Below, one piece after another: positions 37,891 to 47,655 of a stretch of DNA of 64,000 bases. Origin of the DNA: Escherichia virus TH40. Both the position numbers and the translations under genes were made by a program. Under the pieces are notes generated by a model, which did no database searches, was not told where the DNA came from, and worked only from the letters and a program-made list of their open reading frames with translations. Each line of letters begins with the position of its first letter. Positions within the stretch are counted from its first letter, which is position 1. Location: sequence record MT446411.1. One strand, 5' to 3'.

Positions 37891-38349
37891 TTAGATATAA
37901 ATCACTTTTGTGCTAATTTTTCCTTCCAGACGATTAGAGTTAACAAACGCCATACGACAACACATGGTCGGAGACTTCCCAGGAAGAGCCGGGTTAACTG
38001 TCATTCCTAGCCATAAGTTCTTGTCTGTGATTTCCAGACGAAGTGGACGGTAGTTCACATTCGGGTCAATTTGTGCTTCAACTTCTGGAAGCGGTTCCAT
38101 TTTTAAGAATTCAACAATTTCTTTTACATGTGGTGTGATTTTTCCAAACAAGTCAAAAACATATTGTTCGTCAATTTCACGTTGGATTGCACGGTCCAAC
38201 AGGTGCGGACTGTACTTAATGAAGAATGCTTCAAGGCCTGCTTCTTTACAAGCCTTGTTGATAGCATTATTAATTTTGAGGAACTCCGTTTCAAAAATAC
38301 GACGAAGTTTATTGCGGCGAATGTAAACACTTGAATCGATAGTAGTCAT
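37891..38349 (-). CDS. regB: RegB-like sequence-specific endoribonuclease (start at internal Met MTTIDSS)
   Basis: Resembles T4 RegB as I recall it (..VYIRRNKLRR.., ..HLLDRAIQREIDE..); AAGGAG SD before internal Met; ORF track gives 37891..38406. Confidence 0.5.
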   Translation of the reverse strand: MTTIDSSVYIRRNKLRRIFETEFLKINNAINKACKEAGLEAFFIKYSPHLLDRAIQREIDEQYVFDLFGKITPHVKEIVEFLKMEPLPEVEAQIDPNVNYRPLRLEITDKNLWLGMTVNPALPGKSPTMCCRMAFVNSNRLEGKISTKVIYI

Positions 38350-38403
38350 GATTATCTCCTTTTGTTTGATGGGATAATCATAACTCATTTCAACCTGCTT
38401 GTA
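38350..38403 (-). promoter_or_regulatory. Type-A early promoter-leader cassette upstream of regB
   Basis: Forward ctccttttgtttgatgggataatcataactc...ttgtacac read directly. Confidence 0.45.
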
Positions 38404-38405
38404 CA

Positions 38406-38753
38406 CTATTCTTTAAAACGAATTAGCTTATTTAATGACTGTGAGACTTCAGCACGAACAGCGTGTAAATTCTTAAGCTGTTCAAGGCGTTGCTCGTAGT
38501 AAGCAATTTCATCTTCTTCAAGACAGTCGTTTGAATCTTCTTTAAGATAGTTCCCGTAGTCCTGAAAGGCCTTACGAATAACTTCTTGGAAATCGTCTAG
38601 ACTTTGAATTTTTGGTTGTTTCGATGTGAATCCAAACGGATTGGAATCATTTATGCGGCGATGAGAAGCGGTTGATAACTCATAACCAAAACCAGAATTA
38701 ATCTGCGCCATTAGTATTTTTCCTCGGGTCGAAATACTGCACGACATGCCCAC
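38406..38753 (-). CDS. Hypothetical protein (115 aa)
   Basis: ORF track. Confidence 0.4.
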   Translation of the reverse strand: MGMSCSISTRGKILMAQINSGFGYELSTASHRRINDSNPFGFTSKQPKIQSLDDFQEVIRKAFQDYGNYLKEDSNDCLEEDEIAYYEQRLEQLKNLHAVRAEVSQSLNKLIRFKE

Positions 38754-39031
38754 ATGCTGGCTTCTTTTAGATGTTGCTTAGCATACTTAAGAGCCTGCAC
38801 TGCATCCATATCTTCTTTGGTTTGTTGCTCTGTTTCATTTTCTTTCAAGATATATGCTTCTTCAATCAGAGCATCAAACATCAATCCAAGACGGACTTCT
38901 GCATCTTTAATAGCGTTCACTTTACCGATTTTATCATCGGTATGTGGCTTGTAACCTTTGATATCTTCAATCATTTCACTTCCTCGCCAGTTGCGATATC
39001 GTATTCTACCAAACGAAGTCCGTCGGTCCAC
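38711..39031 (-). CDS. Hypothetical protein (106 aa)
   Basis: ORF track. Confidence 0.4.
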   Translation of the reverse strand: MDRRTSFGRIRYRNWRGSEMIEDIKGYKPHTDDKIGKVNAIKDAEVRLGLMFDALIEEAYILKENETEQQTKEDMDAVQALKYAKQHLKEASMWACRAVFRPEEKY

Positions 39032-39204
39032 CCTTGCACGGAGATATAAGTGCTAGGATAAACCAGTTCTTTACCGTTCCACTGACCACCGTCCCAAACT
39101 TCCAGAAAGTCTTGTTCGCCCGGGCCATTAAACCATTCAACGAATCTTTTCAAGGCTGCATCAGAGCCTTCAATCGTCAGTTTAGACATATTTTTTCCAG
39201 TCAC
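38971..39204 (-). CDS. Hypothetical protein (77 aa)
   Basis: ORF track. Confidence 0.4.
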   Translation of the reverse strand: MTGKNMSKLTIEGSDAALKRFVEWFNGPGEQDFLEVWDGGQWNGKELVYPSTYISVQGWTDGLRLVEYDIATGEEVK

Positions 39205-39478
39205 TAATTAATCGCACATCCTGGTCATACGTCAGGAGGCTACGAGTTATAATACCCTTACATGGTCCAGAAATAAATTCCAGAGTAAAGTAAGGAACCA
39301 ACTTCATCAAGCGAATACTCGGAGCAGTGCAACGAAATCTGGACCCAATAAAAGGTCCAGACAAAAACACATACTCAAAGAAATTAGCTTTATTAAAGAT
39401 TTCAAAATTCTTTACGAAATCCTCAGACCTAACCTTTGGAATAAAATAGATTTGGTCAAAAAGCTCTTCATGGGTCAT
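39182..39478 (-). CDS. Hypothetical protein (98 aa)
   Basis: ORF track. Confidence 0.4.
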   Translation of the reverse strand: MTHEELFDQIYFIPKVRSEDFVKNFEIFNKANFFEYVFLSGPFIGSRFRCTAPSIRLMKLVPYFTLEFISGPCKGIITRSLLTYDQDVRLISDWKKYV

Positions 39479-40023
39479 TATTGCATTCCAATCACAAAAA
39501 ATTGAGGACGAACTGTTTCACCCGTTTTAAAACAATGAGCATGACAGCAGTGTTGTACAGTTTTCATATGGATATCGTAAATCTTGTCCATATCAGGAGC
39601 TTTAATAGGTTCATCAATTATATACAATACGCGTGAAAGTGCAAGGCCACGGAATTTAGAACCTTCATTACCGATAAAGCTACGTAATGAATCATGGAAA
39701 AGCCGGTAACGAATATCTTCCGCGCTAAAACGAATAAAATCATTTTTGATAGAATCGGATGAAATTCTTGCATAAGCCGAGGTATTAGACAGGACAATTA
39801 CTGTACCTCCGTCATAAATCCAGTTAGCGGCAAAATTAGTTACTGCAGTAGATTTACCTGATTGTCGCCCGCCATCCATACGGAGTGTGCAGTATTCTTT
39901 GAGCAAGACTTCCATTGGAGGAATATAACAATCGGTCTTACAAAGTTCTTCTATTCGAGCATCAGAATGGTGGGTAAAAGCATTCATCAGGGATAGATAA
40001 GGTCCAGTTAAAAAAGTTCTCAT
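39478..40023 (-). CDS. Small P-loop NTPase
   Basis: 181 aa; Walker A GGRQSGKST; Walker B-like VLYIIDEP. Confidence 0.5.
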   Translation of the reverse strand: MRTFLTGPYLSLMNAFTHHSDARIEELCKTDCYIPPMEVLLKEYCTLRMDGGRQSGKSTAVTNFAANWIYDGGTVIVLSNTSAYARISSDSIKNDFIRFSAEDIRYRLFHDSLRSFIGNEGSKFRGLALSRVLYIIDEPIKAPDMDKIYDIHMKTVQHCCHAHCFKTGETVRPQFFVIGMQ

Positions 40024-40187
40024 ATTGTTTCTCTTAAGGTTTTGGGGCCATTCCTTGGCACATTAATTCGTCCATGTATCCGAATGTAAACCCCTTACCG
40101 CACTCGGGCTCGACCTTATTACAGGTAGGGAAAGGTCCATCACTCAGAGGACACGACGTTCATGAGGAGAGGGTCGGTTTGCCTTTA

Positions 40188-40487
40188 TTAAAAAGAACCA
40201 GAGCCTTTAATTGTGTTCTGGCGACCTTTATTTTCGAATTCAGAATGGTCGATTTCGTATGCTTGTGCTACGCCAAAGGCCTTTTTAACTTTAGCTAAAG
40301 AACCTTTAGTTGTAACAATATTAAAAGTATTGCCTTTGGTAAAATCAACCAAATCCACTTGCACCCCTTGTTTACCAAGGCTTGCTACAATAGCATCAAC
40401 ATATTGTTGGTCTAAATTGCCTTGAACCCCAATTTGAAATGCTTTAGGAACTTTGGCTTCTGTGATAAATTCTTGATATGTTTTCAT
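40188..40487 (-). CDS. Internal-protein-like (capsid-targeting N-terminus MKTYQEFITE)
   Basis: 99 aa; N-terminal 10 residues match the T4 IP capsid targeting sequence MKTYQEFIAE. Confidence 0.65.
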   Translation of the reverse strand: MKTYQEFITEAKVPKAFQIGVQGNLDQQYVDAIVASLGKQGVQVDLVDFTKGNTFNIVTTKGSLAKVKKAFGVAQAYEIDHSEFENKGRQNTIKGSGSF

Positions 40488-40500
40488 ATTGTTTCTTTAA

Positions 40501-40815
40501 TCAAGCTTTAGGGAAATCGCGCAAAAATGCATCATAAAGTTTATTACCAATGCGACGAAATGCTTTTGCTGCATGAACGTTATCTGGGTTTGCAATTTTA
40601 ATCTGCATTACATGACTACCAGCCCATGATTTAGCTTCGTCATAATAACCTTTAATTTCTTTAATAGTCTTGCGTTTTCCACCAGGACCATCAACAGTAA
40701 TTTTCCACGAACCAGTGCTTGTTTCACTTGGTGGGGTTAACTGTTCAATCCAGACATAACCACCTTCAACACGTTGTTGAGTAGATTCAGTAATAAATTC
40801 TTGATAAGTTTTCAT
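40501..40815 (-). CDS. Internal-protein-like (start at internal MKTYQEFITES)
   Basis: ORF track gives 40501..40854; conserved CTS begins at the internal Met. Confidence 0.6.
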   Translation of the reverse strand: MKTYQEFITESTQQRVEGGYVWIEQLTPPSETSTGSWKITVDGPGGKRKTIKEIKGYYDEAKSWAGSHVMQIKIANPDNVHAAKAFRRIGNKLYDAFLRDFPKA

Positions 40816-40863
40816 TTTATATTCCATTGTTTGGTTGATAAAATCATTATACAACCTTTTTAG

Positions 40864-41280
40864 TTAAGCGTACACAGCTTTCCCATAGTATTTGTACCAG
40901 GTAGGCTTTTGAGAAATTTTCTCATTCAGTCTGGCTTGACTGATTTCAATTGACCAGATTGATGGTTGATAATCATTCTTCCATTCATCAGGAATATCAT
41001 TTAAATCTTGGGTAGAAATATCTTTTATATTAAACCCTCGCTTTAAACATTCAGCAATAAGTTCTTGATGACGGTTTTTAAGGAACAAAAGCTTATCATA
41101 AAAGAAGGTGACATGACCAGTCCCTAAAAGAAAAGATGATGGGATTTTAAAGTCAGACACCTTTTTACCATTTTGTACATGCTTACGAACAGCACCAAAC
41201 ACGCGAGGAAGCTCACGATATTCAGCCATAAGGTGTTGGTCAGCAAGTTCAGATACCAGGGTTAAATTAATGCGAGTCAT
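40864..41280 (-). CDS. denV: Endonuclease V (pyrimidine dimer DNA glycosylase, DenV)
   Basis: 138 aa; N-terminus [28 protein letters not shown] and most of the length match T4 endo V as recalled. Confidence 0.88.
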   Translation of the reverse strand: MTRINLTLVSELADQHLMAEYRELPRVFGAVRKHVQNGKKVSDFKIPSSFLLGTGHVTFFYDKLLFLKNRHQELIAECLKRGFNIKDISTQDLNDIPDEWKNDYQPSIWSIEISQARLNEKISQKPTWYKYYGKAVYA

Positions 41281-41287
41281 GTTTGTT

Positions 41288-41336
41288 CTCCGTAGTTGAT
41301 AGGGTCATTATAACCCTATCGTTTGGAGATGTAAAC
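41288..41336 (-). promoter_or_regulatory. Type-A early promoter-leader cassette upstream of denV (with GTTTACA -35)
   Basis: Forward ctccgtagttgatagggtcattataaccc...gatgtaaac read directly. Confidence 0.45.
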
Positions 41337-41824
41337 TAATAAGCGTCAAAAGTTCCAGTACGGAAAGTTTCAATAACTCGTTTGGCCCGGTTCGGAGTCT
41401 GGACTTTATACCATCTTGAGTCCGCCAGTTCCTTAGCAGCAGCTTCCCATGATTTAGCCTTGAGCAATCGCATACCCTTAGGAAAACCAGCAACACCAGC
41501 TACACCCATTTGGAATACCATATTAATGAGTGCGCAACGACGAACTTCATCCAGTACATCATAAACAGGTTTTAAGACAGGATGTTTCAAGATTCCAGAT
41601 TTAGCTTTTTCGACCGAACGATTAAACAATGTTTCGGCTTCGTGCTGGGTTATACGGCCATTACAGACGCGACCCATGAGCTTATCGAGCTCGGCACGAG
41701 CAACATCTTTCGATGGGTTCTTAGTTATCAGTTGTCCGATACCAATGGTCCAATAACCTTCGGTATCTTTATACAAATCCAACTTACAACCTTCATCTAT
41801 GCGTAACATTTCGAATATATTCAT
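41336..41824 (-). CDS. e: T4-type lysozyme (endolysin e)
   Basis: 162 aa; [25 protein letters not shown].. closely resembles T4 lysozyme. Confidence 0.93.
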   Translation of the reverse strand: MNIFEMLRIDEGCKLDLYKDTEGYWTIGIGQLITKNPSKDVARAELDKLMGRVCNGRITQHEAETLFNRSVEKAKSGILKHPVLKPVYDVLDEVRRCALINMVFQMGVAGVAGFPKGMRLLKAKSWEAAAKELADSRWYKVQTPNRAKRVIETFRTGTFDAY

Positions 41825-41850
41825 AATACCCCCTTATATAGGGGTATTTA

Positions 41851-42312
41851 TTATCCGAAAATTTGAGTCAAAACCTTATACATCGATTTACCCATTACGT
41901 ATTGCCATTGACTTGGTTTAATCAGAGCAAATGCATCAAACTCTGGGACCGAACTACCATCCGGGAAGGTATGATATGCGGAGCATTTACTATGTCTGAA
42001 TTGCTCATGCTCGACCGGAACCGTGTACAAAAACAGGTGAAGGTTTTTATTATCTGAATAACGAAACTCGCCTAGGTCTTTTAAGAATGCCGGGTCATAC
42101 TTGGTAAAACCTGTTTCTTCTTCACATTCACGCATAGCTGCTTCAATCAGGGATTCACCGGCTTCAACATGACCCTTAGGGATATCCCATTTATGCGCAG
42201 GCATACCCGGTTTGCGAGAACCAGTCACGCGCCCCATGAATAACTCTTTATCTTCAGTCATGAAAATAATACCAGCAGATAATTCTTTCGCCGCGTTTTT
42301 CTTACTCATCAT
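41851..42312 (-). CDS. nudE: Nudix hydrolase (NudE-like), start taken at internal Met
   Basis: Nudix box GHVEAGESLIEAAMRECEEETGF; ORF track gives 41851..42438. Confidence 0.75.
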   Translation of the reverse strand: MMSKKNAAKELSAGIIFMTEDKELFMGRVTGSRKPGMPAHKWDIPKGHVEAGESLIEAAMRECEEETGFTKYDPAFLKDLGEFRYSDNKNLHLFLYTVPVEHEQFRHSKCSAYHTFPDGSSVPEFDAFALIKPSQWQYVMGKSMYKVLTQIFG

Positions 42313-42538
42313 CACGTTCCCAAGATTTTTTAAAGATTTCAGCCATAATAATTTCAATGCGTGTTTCTGTTGAAGGAGATTCACTACTAGAAGTTTGAAC
42401 TCTGTATTCAGAAATCGGGCGGAACAAGTCCAGGTCAATTTCTAAATCATCTTTGATTTCAACTTCGGGTGTACCTTTATCATAGGAATACAGGTAAGAA
42501 TCACATGACTCTGATTTAATATAAATTGCAATACTCAT
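42302..42538 (-). CDS. Hypothetical acidic protein (78 aa)
   Basis: ORF track. Confidence 0.35.
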   Translation of the reverse strand: MSIAIYIKSESCDSYLYSYDKGTPEVEIKDDLEIDLDLFRPISEYRVQTSSSESPSTETRIEIIMAEIFKKSWERDDE

Positions 42539-43116
42539 TTACGACATTCCTCAATAAAAGAGTTCAATGTATTTTTCTTTGTGATATTGTCATATACCTT
42601 TTTAACTTTAGAAATACGAAAAGGTACTTCAATAATCGCAGTCCATAAAAATGAGGCGATAATACCTGCAATGGCCGCAGTCACTGCTGCCCCGAATATG
42701 CAAATTGGCAAGTCATTTTTCGTTGTCAGGAAAAACCACAGGATTGGAAAAAATAGTATTCCCATCCAGGCATAGAACCTGGAGCACACTAACTTGTCAT
42801 ATTCATCGCTCCATGTACGAAAACCATATTTTTCACTATAACAAATCAATGGGTCAGGTGTTTGTTCTTTATGTGGTTCTGGTTGCCAACCTTTAACGAT
42901 GTGCTTCATTTTATATTCCTCAATTAAAAGCTCTTTCATATGGCGATTGCATCGCGACCAATCAACGTTTTCCACCTTGATTCCTTCATCGCCATCATCA
43001 AGGTCAGCCCAATATCTTTTGGTAATCATAAATTCATCCCTTGGAACTGGAATACCTGCACATCCTTGTGGACCTTTCATATCACCCATGCAACCGGGTT
43101 CATACATCATTACCAT
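42535..43116 (-). CDS. Hypothetical membrane protein (start uncertain; alternative start at 42908)
   Basis: ORF track; TM helices in C-terminal half; ends ..SFIEECRK. Confidence 0.45.
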   Translation of the reverse strand: MVMMYEPGCMGDMKGPQGCAGIPVPRDEFMITKRYWADLDDGDEGIKVENVDWSRCNRHMKELLIEEYKMKHIVKGWQPEPHKEQTPDPLICYSEKYGFRTWSDEYDKLVCSRFYAWMGILFFPILWFFLTTKNDLPICIFGAAVTAAIAGIIASFLWTAIIEVPFRISKVKKVYDNITKKNTLNSFIEECRK

Positions 43117-43796
43117 CCCTCCATAGGGAATTCCAGATATACTTGAGCATTAACGCGGATTTCATTGGTAATATTTTTAACACGGTCAGTGTTACGAGAT
43201 ACACGACCAAACCAGCGCCAACCGTTACTTACTGCACGAGAACCTGTATGCCATGTCTGCCAATCAAACTGGAGCAACGTGCGGTCAGGAGCATCCCACT
43301 TGGTTAATTCATTGGACTCAATTTTTTCCAGAACTTCTTTATGCCACTGGCGATAGATAAGTTCGCCTTCAGGAATCTGACTAAATTGTGCAGTTCCGGT
43401 TGCAAAATAAGTAGGGCACACATCAGCGTTAACAAGACCAAGAATATGTTCAGAATGGTAACGAGGATTATCATAATCAGGTTGCCCTGCAGTAATAAAG
43501 TGTTGACCAACCGGAATATCCGGGCGTGGTACATCGTCATGATGATAGCCAGGGATAGCTGGATACCAACCAGGCATCAACATATGAACCCGAGAATCAA
43601 ACACAACATGTTGATTAGTCCAATCAATTGGGAGATTGGCAATAAAGCTACGAGTGATTGGCCCGCCATTATCCCAAGCAAAACTCAAATCACAGTTAAA
43701 GAACATTGGTTCATTTTTGATTTGGTCATTTTGTACGTTATGTGCAAAACCACCTACTGCACGAGCTTGACTATTAAAAGTTTTAGGACCGTTCAT
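43110..43796 (-). CDS. Hypothetical protein (228 aa)
   Basis: ORF track; type-A leader upstream. Confidence 0.5.
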   Translation of the reverse strand: MNGPKTFNSQARAVGGFAHNVQNDQIKNEPMFFNCDLSFAWDNGGPITRSFIANLPIDWTNQHVVFDSRVHMLMPGWYPAIPGYHHDDVPRPDIPVGQHFITAGQPDYDNPRYHSEHILGLVNADVCPTYFATGTAQFSQIPEGELIYRQWHKEVLEKIESNELTKWDAPDRTLLQFDWQTWHTGSRAVSNGWRWFGRVSRNTDRVKNITNEIRVNAQVYLEFPMEGW

Positions 43797-43855
43797 AATA
43801 TTTTCCTCATTGATTGTGGGACCATTATGTCATAGCCCCATTTGGTTGTACACAC

Positions 43856-44866
43856 TTATTTTGAAAAAGGACGAATTAAATGTTGGTTAGCCTTGAAACG
43901 TTTAACATAGTCTTCGCGACCCAGGGTGTTGTACATATTCACTACTTCCTGGTAATGTTCCCAGGCATACTCACGAAACCATCCAGAAGTAATGGAGGTG
44001 CAGACTTTTTCCAGAGCAATATGGAAGCTCACGGATGGAGAGATACTAAACTCGTTAGGAACCTGCGAACGCTCCAGAGCGAGCACACATGCTTCTTCAT
44101 AAACCCCTGCCAGTTTAATAACATCAGGGAGTGCTTCAAATTTTTCACGCGAGGTCATGACTTCCGAATCATCCTTCATATAGAACTTATATGCAGGCTT
44201 ATCAGCAAGCGCCACGGCCTCGTGGATGGAGTCATGGTCAAGGGTATAGATTGTATCATTAAAGAAAGTTTTCTTGCCCACGTCTAGTTTAGGGTGGCTA
44301 TATGACAGTGTTTCTGCCTGACGTTGTAACATAATTTTCTGCAGTTCATCATTAAGAACAACACCCTTATTACGAAGGTAATTAATATGGCTCATGGTCT
44401 TCAGGAAGAATGGATTGTTCTTCAGGTAACGATGAGACAATTTAATTGCCAGACAAATATCAGGGGTCGCCCAATAGAAACCTGTAAGACGGTCTTTCTT
44501 AATATGATTTTCAGCGTATTTCAAGAGACGATAACTTGAGGTGAAATCTTCATCTTGAAGCTCACCAGTAATTTCTCGTACGTTGGTCAGGGCACGGACA
44601 ATATAAGCTTCAAAATAGGTTTCTTTGCCATTGTACATACATTTAAAAGCTTGGACATCAGGGTTATCCACAGGAACATGAGCACCGAACATACGTGCTT
44701 TAAAGTGGTTCCATGAGCCCTGGTCAGCGATGAAGTCCCAATCAGAGTTTTCAATTTTCTGACTTTCAATCAGACCAGCGTTATGTAATGCACGAGAACC
44801 AATAACTAACATCATAATATTTTCCTCAGATAACTTAAATTTCAGCAGCAGAGATATTAGATTCAT
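43856..44866 (-). CDS. Hypothetical protein (336 aa), possible nucleotidyltransferase-like N-terminus
   Basis: ORF track; N-terminal VIGSRALHNAGL..SDWDF loosely fits the NTase GS..D.D pattern. Confidence 0.5.
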   Translation of the reverse strand: MNLISLLLKFKLSEENIMMLVIGSRALHNAGLIESQKIENSDWDFIADQGSWNHFKARMFGAHVPVDNPDVQAFKCMYNGKETYFEAYIVRALTNVREITGELQDEDFTSSYRLLKYAENHIKKDRLTGFYWATPDICLAIKLSHRYLKNNPFFLKTMSHINYLRNKGVVLNDELQKIMLQRQAETLSYSHPKLDVGKKTFFNDTIYTLDHDSIHEAVALADKPAYKFYMKDDSEVMTSREKFEALPDVIKLAGVYEEACVLALERSQVPNEFSISPSVSFHIALEKVCTSITSGWFREYAWEHYQEVVNMYNTLGREDYVKRFKANQHLIRPFSK

Positions 44867-45065
44867 CTATCATCTCGGAGGCGGACCCCTTAACGATAGG
44901 AACCAATTTGCCATAGAGGTCTTCATTATAAGGGTCGTTGATACAGTGCGCATCTTCAAAACGAACACCGTAATCAGACTTCTTATAAACGAGACCGTAA
45001 ATCTTTGTAAACTTAGCGCGACTAATTTTTACGGGCTCATCAGCCATTGGAGCATAATACCACAT
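44835..45065 (-). CDS. Hypothetical protein (76 aa)
   Basis: ORF track; type-A leader upstream. Confidence 0.4.
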   Translation of the reverse strand: MWYYAPMADEPVKISRAKFTKIYGLVYKKSDYGVRFEDAHCINDPYNEDLYGKLVPIVKGSASEMIDESNISAAEI

Positions 45066-45168
45066 AATATTTTCCTCATTAGTTGACGAGATAATGATAC
45101 TACGTTTCTTTAGGCTTGTACACTAAATTTCTGCGCATAAGTCCTCCTATCACATCCTTGTGATTAAA

Positions 45169-45396
45169 TTATTTTCCTAACGAAATACGAGTAGGTTTTT
45201 TACCGAAATATTCTTCATAGGAACCATCTAAACGGCCCGCTTTAGACCGACAGTACGAATCATACTTTTTGTAATAAGTCAACTCTGTATTGTAACGTGG
45301 ATGTCTATCAGCCATAATAATACTTAACGGCCAACCTTTGGCGTAATCACGAAGACCATTTATTTTACGAATATATCTTTTCTTTAATTTTAACAT
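45169..45396 (-). CDS. Hypothetical basic protein (75 aa)
   Basis: ORF track. Confidence 0.4.
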   Translation of the reverse strand: MLKLKKRYIRKINGLRDYAKGWPLSIIMADRHPRYNTELTYYKKYDSYCRSKAGRLDGSYEEYFGKKPTRISLGK

Positions 45397-45614
45397 GAGC
45401 TCGGATACCAGATTTTACCATCCGGGTGAGCAACAAAGGTGCGTCCAGCTTCTTCACCATAACAAGAGCTATTCAACCAGTCTTCAAGACGAACTTCACC
45501 ATCATAATCGTCGAGCTCAATACCGAAATCTTGGGCAGAAGCCATATCTTTAACTTTCTTATACAGCGCAGCCAGTTCAAGAGCTGCTTTTTCTAATTCA
45601 TTAATATCAGACAT
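45390..45614 (-). CDS. Small protein, member of W-x-S-S-x-x-C C-terminal family (ends WYPSSC)
   Basis: 74 aa; C-terminal motif shared with the three following ORFs. Confidence 0.45.
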   Translation of the reverse strand: MSDINELEKAALELAALYKKVKDMASAQDFGIELDDYDGEVRLEDWLNSSCYGEEAGRTFVAHPDGKIWYPSSC

Positions 45615-45623
45615 TTTTATTCC

Positions 45624-45821
45624 TTAGCATTCGTAAGAGGAGGACACCCAAGAGGTACCACTAATAGTAATACAACCGTTATAAAGCGTGATATGTCGTT
45701 CTAGGTCACGAACACCGTCGATATAGATATCAGCTTCTTCTCGTTCTTCTTTACAAATCTGGATAACGTTTTCAATAGCTGCGGCTGCAGTACGGATTGC
45801 ACAATCTAATTCACGAGACAT
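45624..45821 (-). CDS. Small protein, W-V-S-S-S-x-E-C C-terminal family
   Basis: 65 aa; ends SWVSSSYEC; 3' nucleotide block conserved with neighbours. Confidence 0.5.
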   Translation of the reverse strand: MSRELDCAIRTAAAAIENVIQICKEEREEADIYIDGVRDLERHITLYNGCITISGTSWVSSSYEC

Positions 45822-45830
45822 AATAATTCC

Positions 45831-46112
45831 TTAACATTCAGAAGAGGAGGACACCCAACCACCTTTTTCCAGGTCAGTTGTATAGTCATGTTGGTTAACG
45901 ATAGCGTATTGGGCTTCACCGTAGTTTTCCCAATGAGCAAGGTCAGCTTTCAGGGCGCCAGGAGAATAATAGTCACCGCCCATACCGCGAGCAGGGTATA
46001 TATTAAAATGAGTCTCATATTTGTTTGCAATTTCCTCGGCACGACGAATAGCTTTATGGATATCATTTACTGCGTTGGCCAGTTCTTTATTTTTACTGTA
46101 ATCGTTCATCAT
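45831..46112 (-). CDS. Small protein, W-V-S-S-S-x-E-C C-terminal family
   Basis: 93 aa; ends GWVSSSSEC. Confidence 0.5.
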   Translation of the reverse strand: MMNDYSKNKELANAVNDIHKAIRRAEEIANKYETHFNIYPARGMGGDYYSPGALKADLAHWENYGEAQYAIVNQHDYTTDLEKGGWVSSSSEC

Positions 46113-46121
46113 ACCATTTCC

Positions 46122-46412
46122 TTAACACATCTCAGAAGAGGAGACCCAAGCACCAACGGTAACAACACCATTTTCAACCCGACCGCCATTGGCTTCAATA
46201 TGATGGGTAAACCATTCAGAGCATTCATAACCAACTGGATGATATGTACGGCCGGTGCCGTAATCACCAGTGCTGAATTCGATACCATATTCATCTGCGA
46301 TTTCTTCACAGTGTTTTTCAATTTCAGAGGTCTTATTTAGAAGAGAATAGATAGCTTTTTCTGCAGATTTCTCATCATAATACTTGGGGATAGCAATTTC
46401 AATTTTATTCAT
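46122..46412 (-). CDS. Small protein, W-V-S-S-S-x-E-C C-terminal family
   Basis: 96 aa; ends AWVSSSEMC. Confidence 0.5.
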   Translation of the reverse strand: MNKIEIAIPKYYDEKSAEKAIYSLLNKTSEIEKHCEEIADEYGIEFSTGDYGTGRTYHPVGYECSEWFTHHIEANGGRVENGVVTVGAWVSSSEMC

Positions 46413-46762
46413 GATTTACATTCCTTAATAAAGGTTTCAAGGTCATTACGTTTTGTTTTGTCTAGGAACTTATTATACTCAGCCATTGCTGAAGCATATC
46501 TCTTATATATGGGAGCATTCAAGGCGTTTGTATAACAGATATCATACACAACCGGGATAAAATAGGCCACAACAGCCGGAGCAATTATCATAAAGAAGCC
46601 CATCTCAATAGGCATGACTCCCTCGATTGCAGCCATAACCGTGGTCATTACCAGACCAACCAGACCACCGAGCATGGCAGTGACAATCCCTAATAATAAA
46701 TTGGCACCAATATCATATTCAGCCAATTGATAAACATGTGATGCAAGACTAGGCCGTTCCAT
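46409..46762 (-). CDS. Hypothetical membrane protein (start at internal Met with AAGGAGG SD)
   Basis: ORF track gives 46409..46855; strong SD before MERPSLASH; ends ..ETFIKECKS. Confidence 0.45.
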   Translation of the reverse strand: MERPSLASHVYQLAEYDIGANLLLGIVTAMLGGLVGLVMTTVMAAIEGVMPIEMGFFMIIAPAVVAYFIPVVYDICYTNALNAPIYKRYASAMAEYNKFLDKTKRNDLETFIKECKS

Positions 46763-47108
46763 TACGAACCTCCTTAATAAATTCTTCGGCACATTTAATT
46801 TTGTGCTCTTCTTGTAGGGAAACACATTTTTGTTCCCACTCTTTAACTCGTCCACGATATCCTTTATTCATATGATTTTGATGCCACACATTTATCAATA
46901 TCATACACAAGACCGTAATAAAAGGAGCGGCGATTATTAGTGCCCAGGCAACTCCAACACTAATGATATCCATATCCCCACAAAGCACCATCATTATAAC
47001 CCCAACAATGCATATAGACAGAGCCCCAAATGGAGGCATAAGGTCTTTATCAATTTTGTCTGCGTATACAAATTTTTCTGGTTTACTTGGTAGATATAGC
47101 GTTCGCAT
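46749..47108 (-). CDS. Hypothetical membrane protein (start at internal Met)
   Basis: ORF track gives 46749..47282; SD before MRTLYLPSK; ends ..EEFIKEVRNGTA. Confidence 0.4.
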   Translation of the reverse strand: MRTLYLPSKPEKFVYADKIDKDLMPPFGALSICIVGVIMMVLCGDMDIISVGVAWALIIAAPFITVLCMILINVWHQNHMNKGYRGRVKEWEQKCVSLQEEHKIKCAEEFIKEVRNGTA

Positions 47109-47655
47109 TTTGAGCCCCTTTAGCATATTCACGACATTCAGTAATAAAACGATTAAGCTTCCGTTGTTGTTTACGACTCTCTGATGTGTATTCAGCCGCC
47201 AAATCAAGAAGTTCAGCTTTATCATAATTTTTAATATCAGCATAAGCTGGACGACGGTCAACCATTCCAAAGTGGTCACCATTTTCTAACATCAAATAAC
47301 ATACCAAATGGTCATCATCATCCGCATCAATAAGTCGTTTATAATCGCTTGGGTCGTTTAATGCATACACTGAATAACGTAGTCCAGCGAATTCCACTCG
47401 TTGGATACCCAGATTTACGTCAATAATTTCCAAGGCATCTGCAAAAGAAAGGTCTTCAGCTAAAGCAAAAATAAAAGGCAATTTTGTAGTATCACCACGG
47501 CTAGTTGTTCTTCTTAAGAAATCATTGGAATAACCTAGGTCACCACGGATTCTATAAAGAACTGTATTAGTTTCAGTGGCAAGACCACTACCGCCAAACC
47601 ATTCTACATTTGATATAAGATTATCGTATGAAGTCATAATATTCTCCTCTCCCAA
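47083..47655 (-). CDS. Hypothetical protein (190 aa)
   Basis: ORF track; contains ..NRFITECREY.. near C-terminus. Confidence 0.45.
   Translation of the reverse strand: MGEENIMTSYDNLISNVEWFGGSGLATETNTVLYRIRGDLGYSNDFLRRTTSRGDTTKLPFIFALAEDLSFADALEIIDVNLGIQRVEFAGLRYSVYALNDPSDYKRLIDADDDDHLVCYLMLENGDHFGMVDRRPAYADIKNYDKAELLDLAAEYTSESRKQQRKLNRFITECREYAKGAQNANAISTK

Noticed and set aside
41308-41496. 62-aa minus-strand ORF
   Set aside because: It is an alternative frame inside the lysozyme e gene.
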